The notes under the pieces were generated by a model. It worked only from the letters and a program-made list of their open reading frames with translations, made no database searches and was not told the origin of the DNA. Positions 1-9,706 of a stretch of DNA of 64,000 nucleotides are shown piece by piece; the stretch's first letter is position 1, and every line of letters begins with the position of its first letter. The position numbers and the translations under genes are program-made. The stretch is from Bradyrhizobium sp. (GTDB taxonomy: Bacteria; Pseudomonadota; Alphaproteobacteria; Rhizobiales; Xanthobacteraceae), in assembly GCA_049509335.1 (NCBI GenBank), contig JBEKZZ010000016.1, forward strand, positions 3,243 to 67,242, in the 5' to 3' direction.

Positions 1-111
1 GGCCGCGATGTCCCGGCCTCCAGTGAACTGACGCGCAAACGCTTGCAATGGCAGCCCAGGGAACGCGGATTGCTTGCCGATCTCGGAGAATTGCAGGGCT
101 TCGAGAGCTGA
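1..111 (+). CDS. 3' end of NAD-dependent epimerase/SDR-family oxidoreductase (partial)
   Basis: Frame 1 reads GRDVPASSELTRKRLQWQPRERGLLADLGELQGFES*, resembling the D-x-PASS..TR..L.W.P...GLLADL C-terminus of extended SDRs. Confidence 0.55.
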   Translation, partial: GRDVPASSELTRKRLQWQPRERGLLADLGELQGFES

Positions 112-223
112 AAGGACTTCGAGAGTTGAAGGCTTTACGGATCGCCGCGGCAGCAAACGTAACCAGCCGCGGCGAACCCGGCGGTCAGAGGCGTGAACGC
201 CGCGCTTGCGGCAATCAAAGCGC

Positions 224-246
224 TTGACCTTGATGCCGCGTCAAGG
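224..246 (+). promoter_or_regulatory. MerR-type promoter/operator upstream of the CMD-family gene
   Basis: -35-like TTGACC overlapping the dyad CCTTGAtGC-c-GCgTCAAGG; near-identical to the site at 948-968. Confidence 0.7.
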
Positions 247-316
247 CCGCAAACCGTTCGGACGCGGCGGCGCAAGGCTGGCAAATCCGGTCTCAACCCT
301 GTTGGGAGTCTTGAAA

Positions 317-874
317 ATGAAGCGGCTTCACATTCAAACGATCGAGTCGGCATCGGAAAAATCCAGGCCGTGCCCACAAGGCCTTGAGAACAAGTTCGGG
401 TTCATTCCGGACCTGACGGCGACGATGGCCGAAAGTCCCGTGCCGATAAATGCCTTTGTCGGCGGGTTTTCGAGCTTTGATGGCGGCAGTTTCAGTGAAG
501 GCGAAAAGCAGGTTCTGCTCCTGACGGGCGCCGTCATGCTCAGGTCGCCCTGGACCGTGGCGCTCCATTCCACCATGGCGCTGCAGGAGGGTGTTTCTGG
601 CAACGATGTCGACGCCATTCATCGTGGCCGCTTGCCGAAAGATCCGAAATACGCGGCACTTGCCGCCCTCGCCAGGGCATTGATCGAAAAACGTGGTCAC
701 GTGACGGATGCGGAGGTCGAGACTTTTACCTCGGCCGGATATTCCGAGATTCAAGTTCTTGAGGTGATTTACGGCATCGGTATTTCGACCATGGCCGCTA
801 CTCTCGGAAATTTGGCGGGAACGTCTATCGACGACCGCCTCAAGGCGCAGGCCTGCGCTGCTGCCCGAAAATGA
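317..874 (+). CDS. Carboxymuconolactone decarboxylase/AhpD-like family protein
   Basis: ATG at 317 after GGGAG; FGFIP.L...MAESP N-terminus and LIEKRGHV...F..AGYS..Q.LEV C-terminus typical of the family. Confidence 0.8.
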   Translation: MKRLHIQTIESASEKSRPCPQGLENKFGFIPDLTATMAESPVPINAFVGGFSSFDGGSFSEGEKQVLLLTGAVMLRSPWTVALHSTMALQEGVSGNDVDAIHRGRLPKDPKYAALAALARALIEKRGHVTDAEVETFTSAGYSEIQVLEVIYGIGISTMAATLGNLAGTSIDDRLKAQACAAARK

Positions 875-947
875 CAGGCTGACGTCAACACCCGGTCGCC
901 GGTGCCTTTGCGTCATCGGCGCCGGCGGAAAGCCCGTGATTTCCGGC

Positions 948-968
948 TTGACCTTGACGCTGCGTCAA
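948..968 (+). promoter_or_regulatory. MerR-type promoter/operator upstream of the merR-family gene
   Basis: TTGACC followed by the perfect dyad TTGACGC-t-GCGTCAA in the spacer. Confidence 0.7.
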
Positions 969-1055
969 ACCTCATACCTTCAAAGTGCCGGGTCAAACCT
1001 TAACGCGAGACCGGCGTAGCTTAGATACTTCAAGGATCGCAGCGGAGTTCTTTCA

Positions 1056-1892
1056 ATGTTCCGAATTGGTGAATTCGCCCAGATTGCGCAGGTCTCGACC
1101 CGGCAGCTGCGGTTCTATGATCAGTTGGGGCTGTTGCAGCCGGTGCGCGCCGACGCGCAGACCGGCTATCGCTATTACAGCATCCGGCAGTTGCCGCGAC
1201 TGAACAGCATTCTGGCGCTTAAAGAACTCGGCCTGTCGCTGGAGCAGATCGCCCCGCTCCTGAAGGATGCGATCTCGACCGCCGAGCTGCGCGGCATGCT
1301 GACCATGAAGCGAGCCCAGGTCGAGCAGGCGCTGCACGAGGAGGCGGCGCGGTTGCGTCATATCGAATCGCGCATCGCCCAGATCGATAATGAGGGCGGC
1401 ATCGACGGCTATGACGTGGTGACCAAATCGGTCGAGCCGATGCCGTTCGTCTCGCTGCGCTGCTCTTGCCAGAACATGGACGAAGCGCTGCGCATGGTGG
1501 CCCTGGTGGCTGAAGATGGAGCCAGGCAGATCCGTCCAGCTCTGCGGGACAAGTTGATTGTGGTCTCGCGTGCGGCTTCCGAAACCGACACACTCGACCT
1601 TGAGATCGGGTTTTCGCTGACGCGGCCGTCGAATGCGACCTTTCAGATCGACGGCGACCTCGTGCTTCGCGCCGGCGAGCTGCCGGCCGTGGAAACCATG
1701 GCGACGATCGTTCGCCAGGGCGCGAACGCCGAAAGCCACGCGCCTTTCACGGCGATCGGAACCTGGATCGAAGCCAACGCTTACGAAATCGCCGGACCCT
1801 GCCGCGAAGTGTTTTTGGAGCCGGTGACCAGCGCGGCGAGCCTCGCTGGTGCTCTGCTGGAGATTCAGTTCCCGGTTCGGCGCGGGGCGTGA
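1056..1892 (+). CDS. MerR-family transcriptional regulator with C-terminal GyrI-like ligand-binding domain (BmrR-like)
   Basis: MFRIGEFAQIAQVSTRQLRFYDQLGLL HTH, GYRYYS motif; C-terminal GPCREVFL...EIQFPV. Confidence 0.92.
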   Translation: MFRIGEFAQIAQVSTRQLRFYDQLGLLQPVRADAQTGYRYYSIRQLPRLNSILALKELGLSLEQIAPLLKDAISTAELRGMLTMKRAQVEQALHEEAARLRHIESRIAQIDNEGGIDGYDVVTKSVEPMPFVSLRCSCQNMDEALRMVALVAEDGARQIRPALRDKLIVVSRAASETDTLDLEIGFSLTRPSNATFQIDGDLVLRAGELPAVETMATIVRQGANAESHAPFTAIGTWIEANAYEIAGPCREVFLEPVTSAASLAGALLEIQFPVRRGA

Positions 1893-1960
1893 GCCTTCCT
1901 CTTGGAAGACAAGGCCAACGCCGCGGCGGCTCGCATCGCGAATCATGATCTACGTTGATA

Positions 1961-2054
1961 TGGCGGAGCCGGAGGGATTCGAACCCTCGATAGGCCTTTA
2001 CAAGCCTATAACGGTTTAGCAAACCGCCGCCTTCAGCCACTCGGCCACAGCTCC
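1961..2054 (-). tRNA. tRNA-Ser (anticodon GCT)
   Basis: Reverse complement GGAGCTGTGGCCGAGTGGCTGAAGGCGGCGGTTTGCTAAACCG, long variable arm, GGTTCGAATCC T-loop, encoded CCA. Confidence 0.97.
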
Positions 2055-2492
2055 GTTGAGGGCGGATATGCCCGAGCGCGCGGCGAGCCGCAAGCTGCAG
2101 ATTGCAAACCGCAGGGTTCACCGGCGAATTGCGGACCCGGTTTTGCAGTTCGAGTGCGGTTTGCGTGCTTTTTGTGCAACATCTTCAGGAAACATCGATC
2201 CGAGAGCTGTCCGCGCGCCGTCTTTTCATTGCGTGTGCAGAAGCCTTCGGTAATTCTCCGCCCGCGACGGAGGGGGGCACCCGAGGTCGTCTCGGCGGTT
2301 CGCAGGAATTCCCGCTCACGCGGGAGAGGCGAGGGCGCTAAGAAGCTGAGCAGCGTTCCCGGGGGACATATCTTGGGGGGTATGGGGAACCTGCTCAGCT
2401 TTTTTGGCGCTTAGGCGCCAAGCTGAACATCCACTCATCATTTAGCAGACAGATGCAGCGCCGCGGCAAATGCGGCGGCGCCGTTTGCTGTT

Positions 2493-3635
2493 TCATTTGA
2501 GCGTAATGTACTCGGCCAGCGCTGCCGTCGATTCGATGAAGCTTGGCGGACAAGTGTCGGCGGCCACCTTGAGCAGCCGTTGCGCCTCCTTCTTGTTCTT
2601 CTTCAGAAGAGCCAGCTCGCCGCTGTAGAAATTGGCCTCGCAGGTTTGCGACGCCTTTGTCTGCGGATCGGCATCGAAGGCGGCGCCAAAGGTTTGTTCG
2701 GCGGTGAACTCGCCGAGCGACTCGCGGATCAAGGGCGCGGGCCAAGCCGTCATGTCGAGCTTTTTGGCAGCCTCCGCGAGGTGGCTTGGTGCATTGATGC
2801 GGCGCTCGGCGAGGTCGCGCCACAGCGCGGCATAGGCGTCCTTCGGGTTGAGTTCGGAAACTTTCTTGAAATCTGCGATCGCGTCCGGAATGCGGCCGCC
2901 GATGACGTAATAGGCGACGCCCCGGCTGAAATAGGCGGTGGGATCGTCAGGGTCGAACTTGATGGCCTTGCCGAAGTCCTCGAGCGCCGCCGGACCGTTG
3001 CCGAGCATGTAGGAGAGCCGGCCGCGGATGAAGTAGGCGAGCGCATAGTTGGGATCGAGCCGGATCGTATCGTTCATGTCGGCCATGGCATGCGCGATAT
3101 CGCCCCTGCTCCTGTACAACTCGCCTCGCGAGAAATGCGCGAGCGCGTAAGCGGGATCGAGTTTGATCGACTCGTCGAGGTCTGCAAGCGCGCGGTCGAT
3201 GTCGCCCTTGTTCTTGTAGAGATTGCCACGCTCGGCATAAGCCCAGGCATTTTTCGGATCAAGTCGAAGCGCTTCGTTGAAATCCGAGAGGGCGTGTTCA
3301 AAATCGGATTTGCTCAAGTAGACGTTGCCGCGGTTGAGATAGGCGGCTGCATCATTGCGGTTGGCGCGAATCGATTCGTTGCAGTCCGCCAAAGCCCGAT
3401 CGGAATCTTTTTTGGCCCACCACCATCCGCAGCGGCTGCTCAGCGCACTGGCGCGGTCTTGCGCGGATGTTTTTGATTCCTTGATGATGCGATCACAGGC
3501 GGCGATGCCGTCATCGGCCTTGTCGATTTGTCCGACGAACTTGCATTGATCAAGGTCGCCTTGAGCGTCGGCTGCATTCATGCCGACGAACATCAACGAC
3601 GCTGCTGACGCAGCCAGAAGCATTCGAAATCGCAT
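2493..3635 (-). CDS. Secreted tetratricopeptide-repeat protein (NlpI-like C-terminus)
   Basis: GGAGGA RBS; signal peptide MRFRMLL...AADA; repeated AY.NRG..Y...GD...A..D...A..LDP TPRs; CEANFYSGE motif. Confidence 0.88.
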   Translation of the reverse strand: MRFRMLLAASAASLMFVGMNAADAQGDLDQCKFVGQIDKADDGIAACDRIIKESKTSAQDRASALSSRCGWWWAKKDSDRALADCNESIRANRNDAAAYLNRGNVYLSKSDFEHALSDFNEALRLDPKNAWAYAERGNLYKNKGDIDRALADLDESIKLDPAYALAHFSRGELYRSRGDIAHAMADMNDTIRLDPNYALAYFIRGRLSYMLGNGPAALEDFGKAIKFDPDDPTAYFSRGVAYYVIGGRIPDAIADFKKVSELNPKDAYAALWRDLAERRINAPSHLAEAAKKLDMTAWPAPLIRESLGEFTAEQTFGAAFDADPQTKASQTCEANFYSGELALLKKNKKEAQRLLKVAADTCPPSFIESTAALAEYITLK

Positions 3636-4142
3636 TTTTCCTCCGTCGTTTTTCGCGCGCAACCACCGCTTGATGCCGCGGGATTACCTACGTTGGCGGA
3701 TGGCCATCCTGCAAGGATTCTTGAGCGTGAATCACGCTGCTGCGCGCTTCGTGGGCTCGTGCTGCCGTCAAGAAGTGCGCGCAAAATTCGACATTCGGAC
3801 GTCACCCCACGCTCAACGTTACGTCACGAATTTCGTCTCAAGGAATTTTGAGGCTAGCGGGCCCGACCGTCAAACAGACGAAAATTTCATGCAAAAACAG
3901 AAGCTTGTTGGTTTTGATGTCGAGGGCCTGTGTGTGCATATTTTGCAACACCCTGCAGAAAAAGGCCTGTGACAAAGAGTCATAAGCCAAGTTTAAATTG
4001 CCTTTTTGCCCGTGAGCAGCAACTCTTCGGAACAAGAAATAGGCATGTCGGATTCGTCGCGTTCGGAAAGTTCCGATGACGAAACGAGAAGTAAAAACCG
4101 GCGGCCTGGGGTGGTTTAGAGTTTAACACGACGAGGGGACAC

Positions 4143-5138
4143 ATGAAATCGAACACCAAAGCACTCTTGGCGGCAGCGGGTCTGGCCGCTTTCGCGTTTA
4201 CGCCAGCCAATGCCTATGAAGCGGGGTATCCGGGTTGGGCCAGCAAGCCAGGCGTGCTGATCGGGGCCAGCGCCGGCGTTCCGCCGCCGGGCATCTACAT
4301 GTTCAACCAGGTCTTCACCTACCAGACCAACCTCACTGGGCCTTTGACGAACGCTATCGGCAATCATGTGGGCGTGGCAGCGGCAGTCGATGTGCAGGGC
4401 TTCCTGTTCGTGCCCGGCTGGACCTTCTTGGGTGCGACCTATGACGCGGTCGTCGTGCAGCCGTTCATTATGTTCGATATTTCCTCGCCGCTCGCTGCTG
4501 CTGCTGCTGGCGCACACAACACCTACATCGCGCCGGTCGAATTGAGCTGGAAGCTTGGAACCAGCGGCTTTGTGGTCAAGACCGGCCTCGGTATCTATAC
4601 GCCGGATGGCACCATTCAGGGACCGACTGGTCTCGGAAACGTTGGCAATCCCTGGTGGACCTTCCAGCCTGAGTTGATCGTCTCCTATCTGAAGGATGGT
4701 TGGAACCTGACTGCCGCCATGTACGCAGAGTTCAATACGAAGAACTCGGTCGATGGGTACACGACGGGTGACATCTTCCACGCGGACTTCACGTTCACCA
4801 AGACGATCGGCAAGTGGACGTTTGGTCCTGTCGCCTACTACGCTGGACAGGTTAGCAACGACTCGTGCCCGGCTTTTACCTGTACGGTCGCAGGTGGCAC
4901 GTTGGGCAATGCCCAAAGGTTCAACATCTTCGCAGTTGGTGGTCTCGTCGAGTATAACTTCGGCCCGGCGAGCTTGTCGGTCTGGGCGACGCAGGAAGTC
5001 CTTGCGAACGCCAAGAACGCAGCGGTTCCGCCAGCAGCTGACGTGTCGACGATCACCCAGGGCGCGACGGTCTTCGCGACCCTCAGCTACCGCCTCTGGG
5101 CTCCTGAGGCGCCTGCGACCCCGATGATCCACAAGTAA
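4143..5138 (+). CDS. SphA/phenol MetA-pathway (COG4313) outer-membrane channel
   Basis: Signal peptide ending ANA; GVPPPGIY motif; alternating beta-strand pattern, NVGNPWWTFQP. Confidence 0.8.
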   Translation: MKSNTKALLAAAGLAAFAFTPANAYEAGYPGWASKPGVLIGASAGVPPPGIYMFNQVFTYQTNLTGPLTNAIGNHVGVAAAVDVQGFLFVPGWTFLGATYDAVVVQPFIMFDISSPLAAAAAGAHNTYIAPVELSWKLGTSGFVVKTGLGIYTPDGTIQGPTGLGNVGNPWWTFQPELIVSYLKDGWNLTAAMYAEFNTKNSVDGYTTGDIFHADFTFTKTIGKWTFGPVAYYAGQVSNDSCPAFTCTVAGGTLGNAQRFNIFAVGGLVEYNFGPASLSVWATQEVLANAKNAAVPPAADVSTITQGATVFATLSYRLWAPEAPATPMIHK

Positions 5139-5164
5139 GGATCACTGGTTTAACCACCCAATCT

Positions 5165-5203
5165 AAAAAGTCCCCCTTCCGAGAGATCGGAAGGGGGACT
5201 TTT
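5165..5203. terminator. Bidirectional rho-independent terminator
   Basis: AAAAAGTCCCCCTTCCGA-gaga-TCGGAAGGGGGACTTTT between convergent genes. Confidence 0.85.
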
Positions 5204-5280
5204 CTTGTGCTTTGGCATGAGGGGGCACGGGCCGTCGTGAAAGCCGGCCTTTGTGAAAAGGAGAAGCCGCGGGCGCAGTG

Positions 5281-7500
5281 CTATTCGACGCTGCCGCGAT
5301 GCAGGTCCGCCTCGATTTGCAGCCGCGTGCCGCCCCCGAAGCGCGCGCGATAGACCTGCAAGTTCTCCATGATCCGCTGCACGTAGTTCCGGGTTTCGGC
5401 GAACGGGATGAGTTCGACCCAGTCGACGGCATCGACCTTGGGATCGCGGGGGTCGCCGTAGCGATCGATCCATTTTTTGACGCTGCCGCGGCCGGCATTG
5501 TAGGCCGCAAACGTCATGATGTAGGAGCCGCGATAGTCATCGATCAGGCCGCCGAGCTCAGCCGCGCCGAGTGCTGCGTTGTAGACGGGATCGGTCTTGA
5601 GCCGGGCGAGATCGAAATTCGCACCGTATTTCTTGCAGACATATTTGCCGGCTTCCGGCGTTACCTGCATCAACCCGTAGGCCTGGGCGGGCGAGACAAC
5701 GGCCGGATTGAAGGCGCTCTCCTGCCGTGCGATGGCGTAGATGATGCTTGGCTCGACGTCGGGGCCGATCGATTTGAACGGCGGAATTCCCATCACCGGA
5801 TAGGCGTAGAAATCGAACGGCAGCCCGCGATTGAGCGCAGATTTGCCCATCAGCAGCATGCCGCGGGCATCGCCCTGGTGGGCCGCCAGTTCGCCGAGCC
5901 CGACCAGCGCGTCAGTGTCGCCGTTTTCACCCGCGTCGGCAAAAATCGGCACGGCGATTTCGCCTTCACCGAGTTCGTACAGCAACTGTACCGCGCGCAC
6001 GATCTCCAGCCGCTCGACGCCGCGGCCGCGCGCGGCCGGCGCCCCGTTCAGCTCGATCTGGGGCAGACCGAGCTTGGCGCGTGCCAGCTGGCCATAATAA
6101 CTGGTCGATTGTTCCGCGGCTGCGGCAAAGGCGGTGTGCGCCTCCTGCGAATGCCCGGCGGCCTCCGCCGCGCGACCCTGCCAATAGCCGGCGCGCGCGA
6201 GTGTCGTGGGGTTGGCGCTGCCGGCGCCGATGCGGGCAAAATGCTGCGTTGCCGTCGCAGGGTCGTCTAGGAATCGCAGCGCGATCCAGCCCGCGGTAAA
6301 TTCCTGCTCGGTCTTGTAGATGTCGCGCGAAGGCAGCGCCGCGTCGCGCGCGATCAGGTAGGCGGTACGGTGTTCGCCGACGTCGATCATCTTGCGCGCC
6401 AGCAATCGCCGCTCGACCCACCACTCATCCAGATTGTAGAGGCGGTTGGGATCCTTGGGCGCGCTCATCATCAACTGGGCGGCCTCGGCGAATTTCTCTT
6501 CCCGGCGCAGGAGCTGAATCCGGCTGAAGAGATAGCCGGGATCGTTGTGCAATTCGGACGGTACGGCTTCCAGGAGCGCGCGGGTATTGGGCGCCTTGTG
6601 GTAGGACGCGATACGGGCTTTCGCCAGCGCCACTTCGCCACTGCCGAGTCTCTTCGCCGCGCGCAGCGCCATCTCGTGCTCACTGCCATACAGGAAGAGG
6701 TCCATCCGCGCTTTTTGATCGCCGGGCGTGATCAGTGCCCCGAACAGATCGAGCGAGGCGTTTTCAGTGTCTTCCGACATGGTGTCGTTGCGCCAGGCAT
6801 CCCGCACCAGCCGCTCGGCATTCGCCTTGTCGCCGCGTCCGATCATGGCGCGCGCCAGCGAGAATTTGCCTTTGGCCGAAATCGGCGATTCGGTTTCGAA
6901 CCAGGACCAGACGGTCGCGTCGTCGCGGTGATCGTCCCACAGCGCCGCTTCGAGCCTTCGCCGCAGGAAGGTCTGCGACGGCCAGCTTGGGTTGGCGGTG
7001 ATAAAGGCGCGGTAGCGTTCGACCGAAGCGCCGTTGTCATCGCTGCGCAGGACGATCCATTCGGCAAGCTTCCTTGCCAGCGGATCGGAGATCGCGGCCT
7101 CGGCCTGGGTCGCATCGGCTGGTTTGTGCTTGCGCACGAGCTCAATGACGCTCTCCAGCGCTTCCTTGTCATCGCTGGAGGTCGAGGATGTGGTCGCTAT
7201 CGCCGCCGGCGTGGGCGGCTTACGGGCGATTGCAGGCGGCAACGCCGCATGCTGGCGCGTGGCTGGAGCGATTGCGGGCGCTGCCGGCGTTACCGTGGCG
7301 GCCGGCTTGGTTGCCGTCTTCTCCGCTGGCTTGTCCGCGGTTTTGGGCACGGCATTACGGGCGATCGGACGCGGCCTCGGCAATGGAATCTTCGGTTTGG
7401 CCGCGGTTTCGTTCGCGAAGGCATGCGATCCAAGAATCAGCGCAAGCGTGGTCACTATCGCCGTGGAACGCAAAGCTTTGGTGCGAGCGGAGCAAGTCAC
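5281..7500 (-). CDS. slt: Soluble lytic murein transglycosylase (Slt70-like)
   Basis: IARQES catalytic Glu, GLMQV, AAYNAG, IPFAETRNYV motifs; GTG start after an AAGAGGA RBS. Confidence 0.9.
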   Translation of the reverse strand: MTCSARTKALRSTAIVTTLALILGSHAFANETAAKPKIPLPRPRPIARNAVPKTADKPAEKTATKPAATVTPAAPAIAPATRQHAALPPAIARKPPTPAAIATTSSTSSDDKEALESVIELVRKHKPADATQAEAAISDPLARKLAEWIVLRSDDNGASVERYRAFITANPSWPSQTFLRRRLEAALWDDHRDDATVWSWFETESPISAKGKFSLARAMIGRGDKANAERLVRDAWRNDTMSEDTENASLDLFGALITPGDQKARMDLFLYGSEHEMALRAAKRLGSGEVALAKARIASYHKAPNTRALLEAVPSELHNDPGYLFSRIQLLRREEKFAEAAQLMMSAPKDPNRLYNLDEWWVERRLLARKMIDVGEHRTAYLIARDAALPSRDIYKTEQEFTAGWIALRFLDDPATATQHFARIGAGSANPTTLARAGYWQGRAAEAAGHSQEAHTAFAAAAEQSTSYYGQLARAKLGLPQIELNGAPAARGRGVERLEIVRAVQLLYELGEGEIAVPIFADAGENGDTDALVGLGELAAHQGDARGMLLMGKSALNRGLPFDFYAYPVMGIPPFKSIGPDVEPSIIYAIARQESAFNPAVVSPAQAYGLMQVTPEAGKYVCKKYGANFDLARLKTDPVYNAALGAAELGGLIDDYRGSYIMTFAAYNAGRGSVKKWIDRYGDPRDPKVDAVDWVELIPFAETRNYVQRIMENLQVYRARFGGGTRLQIEADLHRGSVE

Positions 7501-7730
7501 GGCATTCCTCTTTCGGCGAATCACGAAAGACCAACATCCCTAGACTTAACGGAAAAACACCCGATACGCGGGGAAGGGGCTGTTTGCGTCATCACCGAGG
7601 CAAAATCGCGGCCAGCCATGCCTCGCCATGAGCCGGGTTTTACTTTCGCCGAACCGTCATACCCGGTATGAATGGCTGAATTCATCGGTACTTAAGGAGC
7701 GGCCAGCCTGGTCCGTGTAGGGAGAAGTCC

Positions 7731-8621
7731 ATGGCAGCGAAGACAAAATTCCGAGGATCCTTCACCGCCCTGGTCACACCCTTCAAGAACGGCTCGCTGG
7801 ACGAGGCGGCCTTCCGCGGGCTCGTGGACTGGCAAATATCGGAGGGAACCCATGGTCTCGTGCCGGTGGGAACCACGGGAGAAAGTCCGACCGTCAGCCA
7901 TGACGAGCACAAGCGCATCGTCGAATGGTGCATCGATGAGGCGGACGGCCGCGTTCCCGTGATCGCGGGCGCCGGCTCGAATTCGACCCGGGAGGCGATT
8001 GAGCTCGCTGAGCATGCAGAAAAGGCCGGCGCCGATGCGGTTCTGGTGGTGACGCCCTACTACAACAAGCCCACCCAGGAGGGCATGTACCAGCATTTCA
8101 AGGCGATCAACGATGCGATCGGAATTCCGATCATCATCTACAATATTCCGCCGCGTTCGGTGGTCGACATGAGCGTGGACACCATGGCGCGTCTGTTCGA
8201 GCTCAAGAACATCGCGGGCGTCAAGGACGCCACCGCCAGCATGGTGCGCGTATCCCAGCAGCGCGCGCAGCTCGGCGAGGATTTCAACCAGCTCTCGGGC
8301 GAAGACGCCACCGTCATCGGTTATATGGCCCATGGCGGTCACGGCTGTATTTCCGTCACCTCCAACGTGGCGCCACGCCTGTGTTCGGAGTTTCATCAGG
8401 CCTGGCAGAAGGGCGACCACGCCACGGCACTCAAACTGCACGACAAGCTGATGCCGTTGCATACCAACCTTTTCATCGAGTCCAACCCAGCGCCGATCAA
8501 GTATGCACTGTCATTGCTCGGCAAGATGGAAGAGAGGCTTCGATTGCCGATGGTGCCGGTGTCCGAACCGACGCGTGTCGCGGTTCGCAACGCGATGGTG
8601 CATGCGGGGTTGATCAACTGA
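7731..8621 (+). CDS. dapA: 4-hydroxy-tetrahydrodipicolinate synthase
   Basis: [25 protein letters not shown] (Schiff-base Lys). Confidence 0.97.
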   Translation: MAAKTKFRGSFTALVTPFKNGSLDEAAFRGLVDWQISEGTHGLVPVGTTGESPTVSHDEHKRIVEWCIDEADGRVPVIAGAGSNSTREAIELAEHAEKAGADAVLVVTPYYNKPTQEGMYQHFKAINDAIGIPIIIYNIPPRSVVDMSVDTMARLFELKNIAGVKDATASMVRVSQQRAQLGEDFNQLSGEDATVIGYMAHGGHGCISVTSNVAPRLCSEFHQAWQKGDHATALKLHDKLMPLHTNLFIESNPAPIKYALSLLGKMEERLRLPMVPVSEPTRVAVRNAMVHAGLIN

Positions 8622-8676
8622 TTTTAGCGCGGCTAAAAAGTCTTCCTGTTCACGAAATTGAAGAGGGGCCTGCACC

Positions 8677-9111
8677 ATGCTTAAGGAATTTCGCGACTTT
8701 GCAATGAAGGGCAACGTCGTCGACCTTGCGGTCGGCGTGATCATCGGTGCGGCTTTCGGCAGCATCGTCTCTTCGCTTGTTGGCGACATCATCATGCCGA
8801 TCATCGGCGCGATCACGGGATTGATCACGGGCGGCGGCGGCCTGGATTTTTCCAACTATTTTATTGGGCTTTCGCATAAGATCACCGAAAGCAACCTGGT
8901 CGACGCCAAGAAGCAGGGCGCGGTCCTGGCCTATGGCAGTTTCCTGACATTGACGCTGAACTTCCTCATCGTCGCCTTCGTGCTCTTCATCGTCATCCGT
9001 CTGATGAACAAGCTCAAGCGCAATGAAGAAGCCGCGCCATCTGCGCCGCCGAAGCCAACGCGCGAAGAAGAACTCCTTACGGAAATCCGCGACCTCCTGA
9101 AAAAGGCTTGA
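8677..9111 (+). CDS. mscL: Large-conductance mechanosensitive channel
   Basis: [27 protein letters not shown]...LLTEIRDLL. Confidence 0.97.
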   Translation: MLKEFRDFAMKGNVVDLAVGVIIGAAFGSIVSSLVGDIIMPIIGAITGLITGGGGLDFSNYFIGLSHKITESNLVDAKKQGAVLAYGSFLTLTLNFLIVAFVLFIVIRLMNKLKRNEEAAPSAPPKPTREEELLTEIRDLLKKA

Positions 9112-9148
9112 GCGGTAGAGCCGTCAATTTGAGATCGAGATAACAGAC

Positions 9149-9622
9149 GTGGCCGAGAAGAAAGAACGCCCCATCAAGGTGATTGCGGAAAACCGCAAGG
9201 CCCGTTTCAACTACGCCGTCGATGACACCGTCGAAGCCGGGATTGCGCTGACAGGCACCGAGGTCAAGTCGCTGCGCGGCGGCAAGTCGACGATCGCTGA
9301 ATCCTACGCCGATTCCAAGAACGGCGAGATCTGGCTGATCAACGCCAATATTCCCGAATATTTGCAGGCCAACCGTTTCAACCACGAGCCAAAGCGGCCG
9401 CGCAAACTGCTGCTGCACCGAAAGCAGATCAACCGCCTGTTGGGTGCGGTCGATCGCGACGGCATGACGCTCATTCCGCTCAAGCTCTACTTCAACGAAC
9501 GCGGCCGTGCCAAGGTGTTGCTGGCAGTAGCCAAGGGCAAGAAGCTGCACGACAAGCGCGAGAGCGAGAAGAAGCGCGATTGGGGCAGGGAAAAGGGCCG
9601 CCTGATGCGCGCGCGGGGATAA
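9149..9622 (+). CDS. smpB: SsrA-binding protein
   Basis: [34 protein letters not shown]. Confidence 0.97.
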   Translation: MAEKKERPIKVIAENRKARFNYAVDDTVEAGIALTGTEVKSLRGGKSTIAESYADSKNGEIWLINANIPEYLQANRFNHEPKRPRKLLLHRKQINRLLGAVDRDGMTLIPLKLYFNERGRAKVLLAVAKGKKLHDKRESEKKRDWGREKGRLMRARG

Positions 9623-9625
9623 CGC

Positions 9626-9688
9626 GGCGAATGGGGAATAGCGAATAGGGAAATTCTCCACTATCTTCGCCTCTATTCGCTACTCGCC
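9626..9688. repeat. Inverted heptamer (GCGAATA/TATTCGC) repeat element, copy 1
   Basis: GGCGAAT GGGGAAT AGCGAAT A...CTATTCG CTACTCG CC; same motif at 40153-40228. Confidence 0.7.
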
Positions 9689-9706
9689 TCTTTGAGGAAC
9701 GCGGCA

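Noticed and set aside
3663-4142. Short ORFs and CRP/FixK-like sites in the AT-rich divergent region
   Set aside because: The ORFs lack an RBS and codon bias, and the candidate motifs have the wrong spacing
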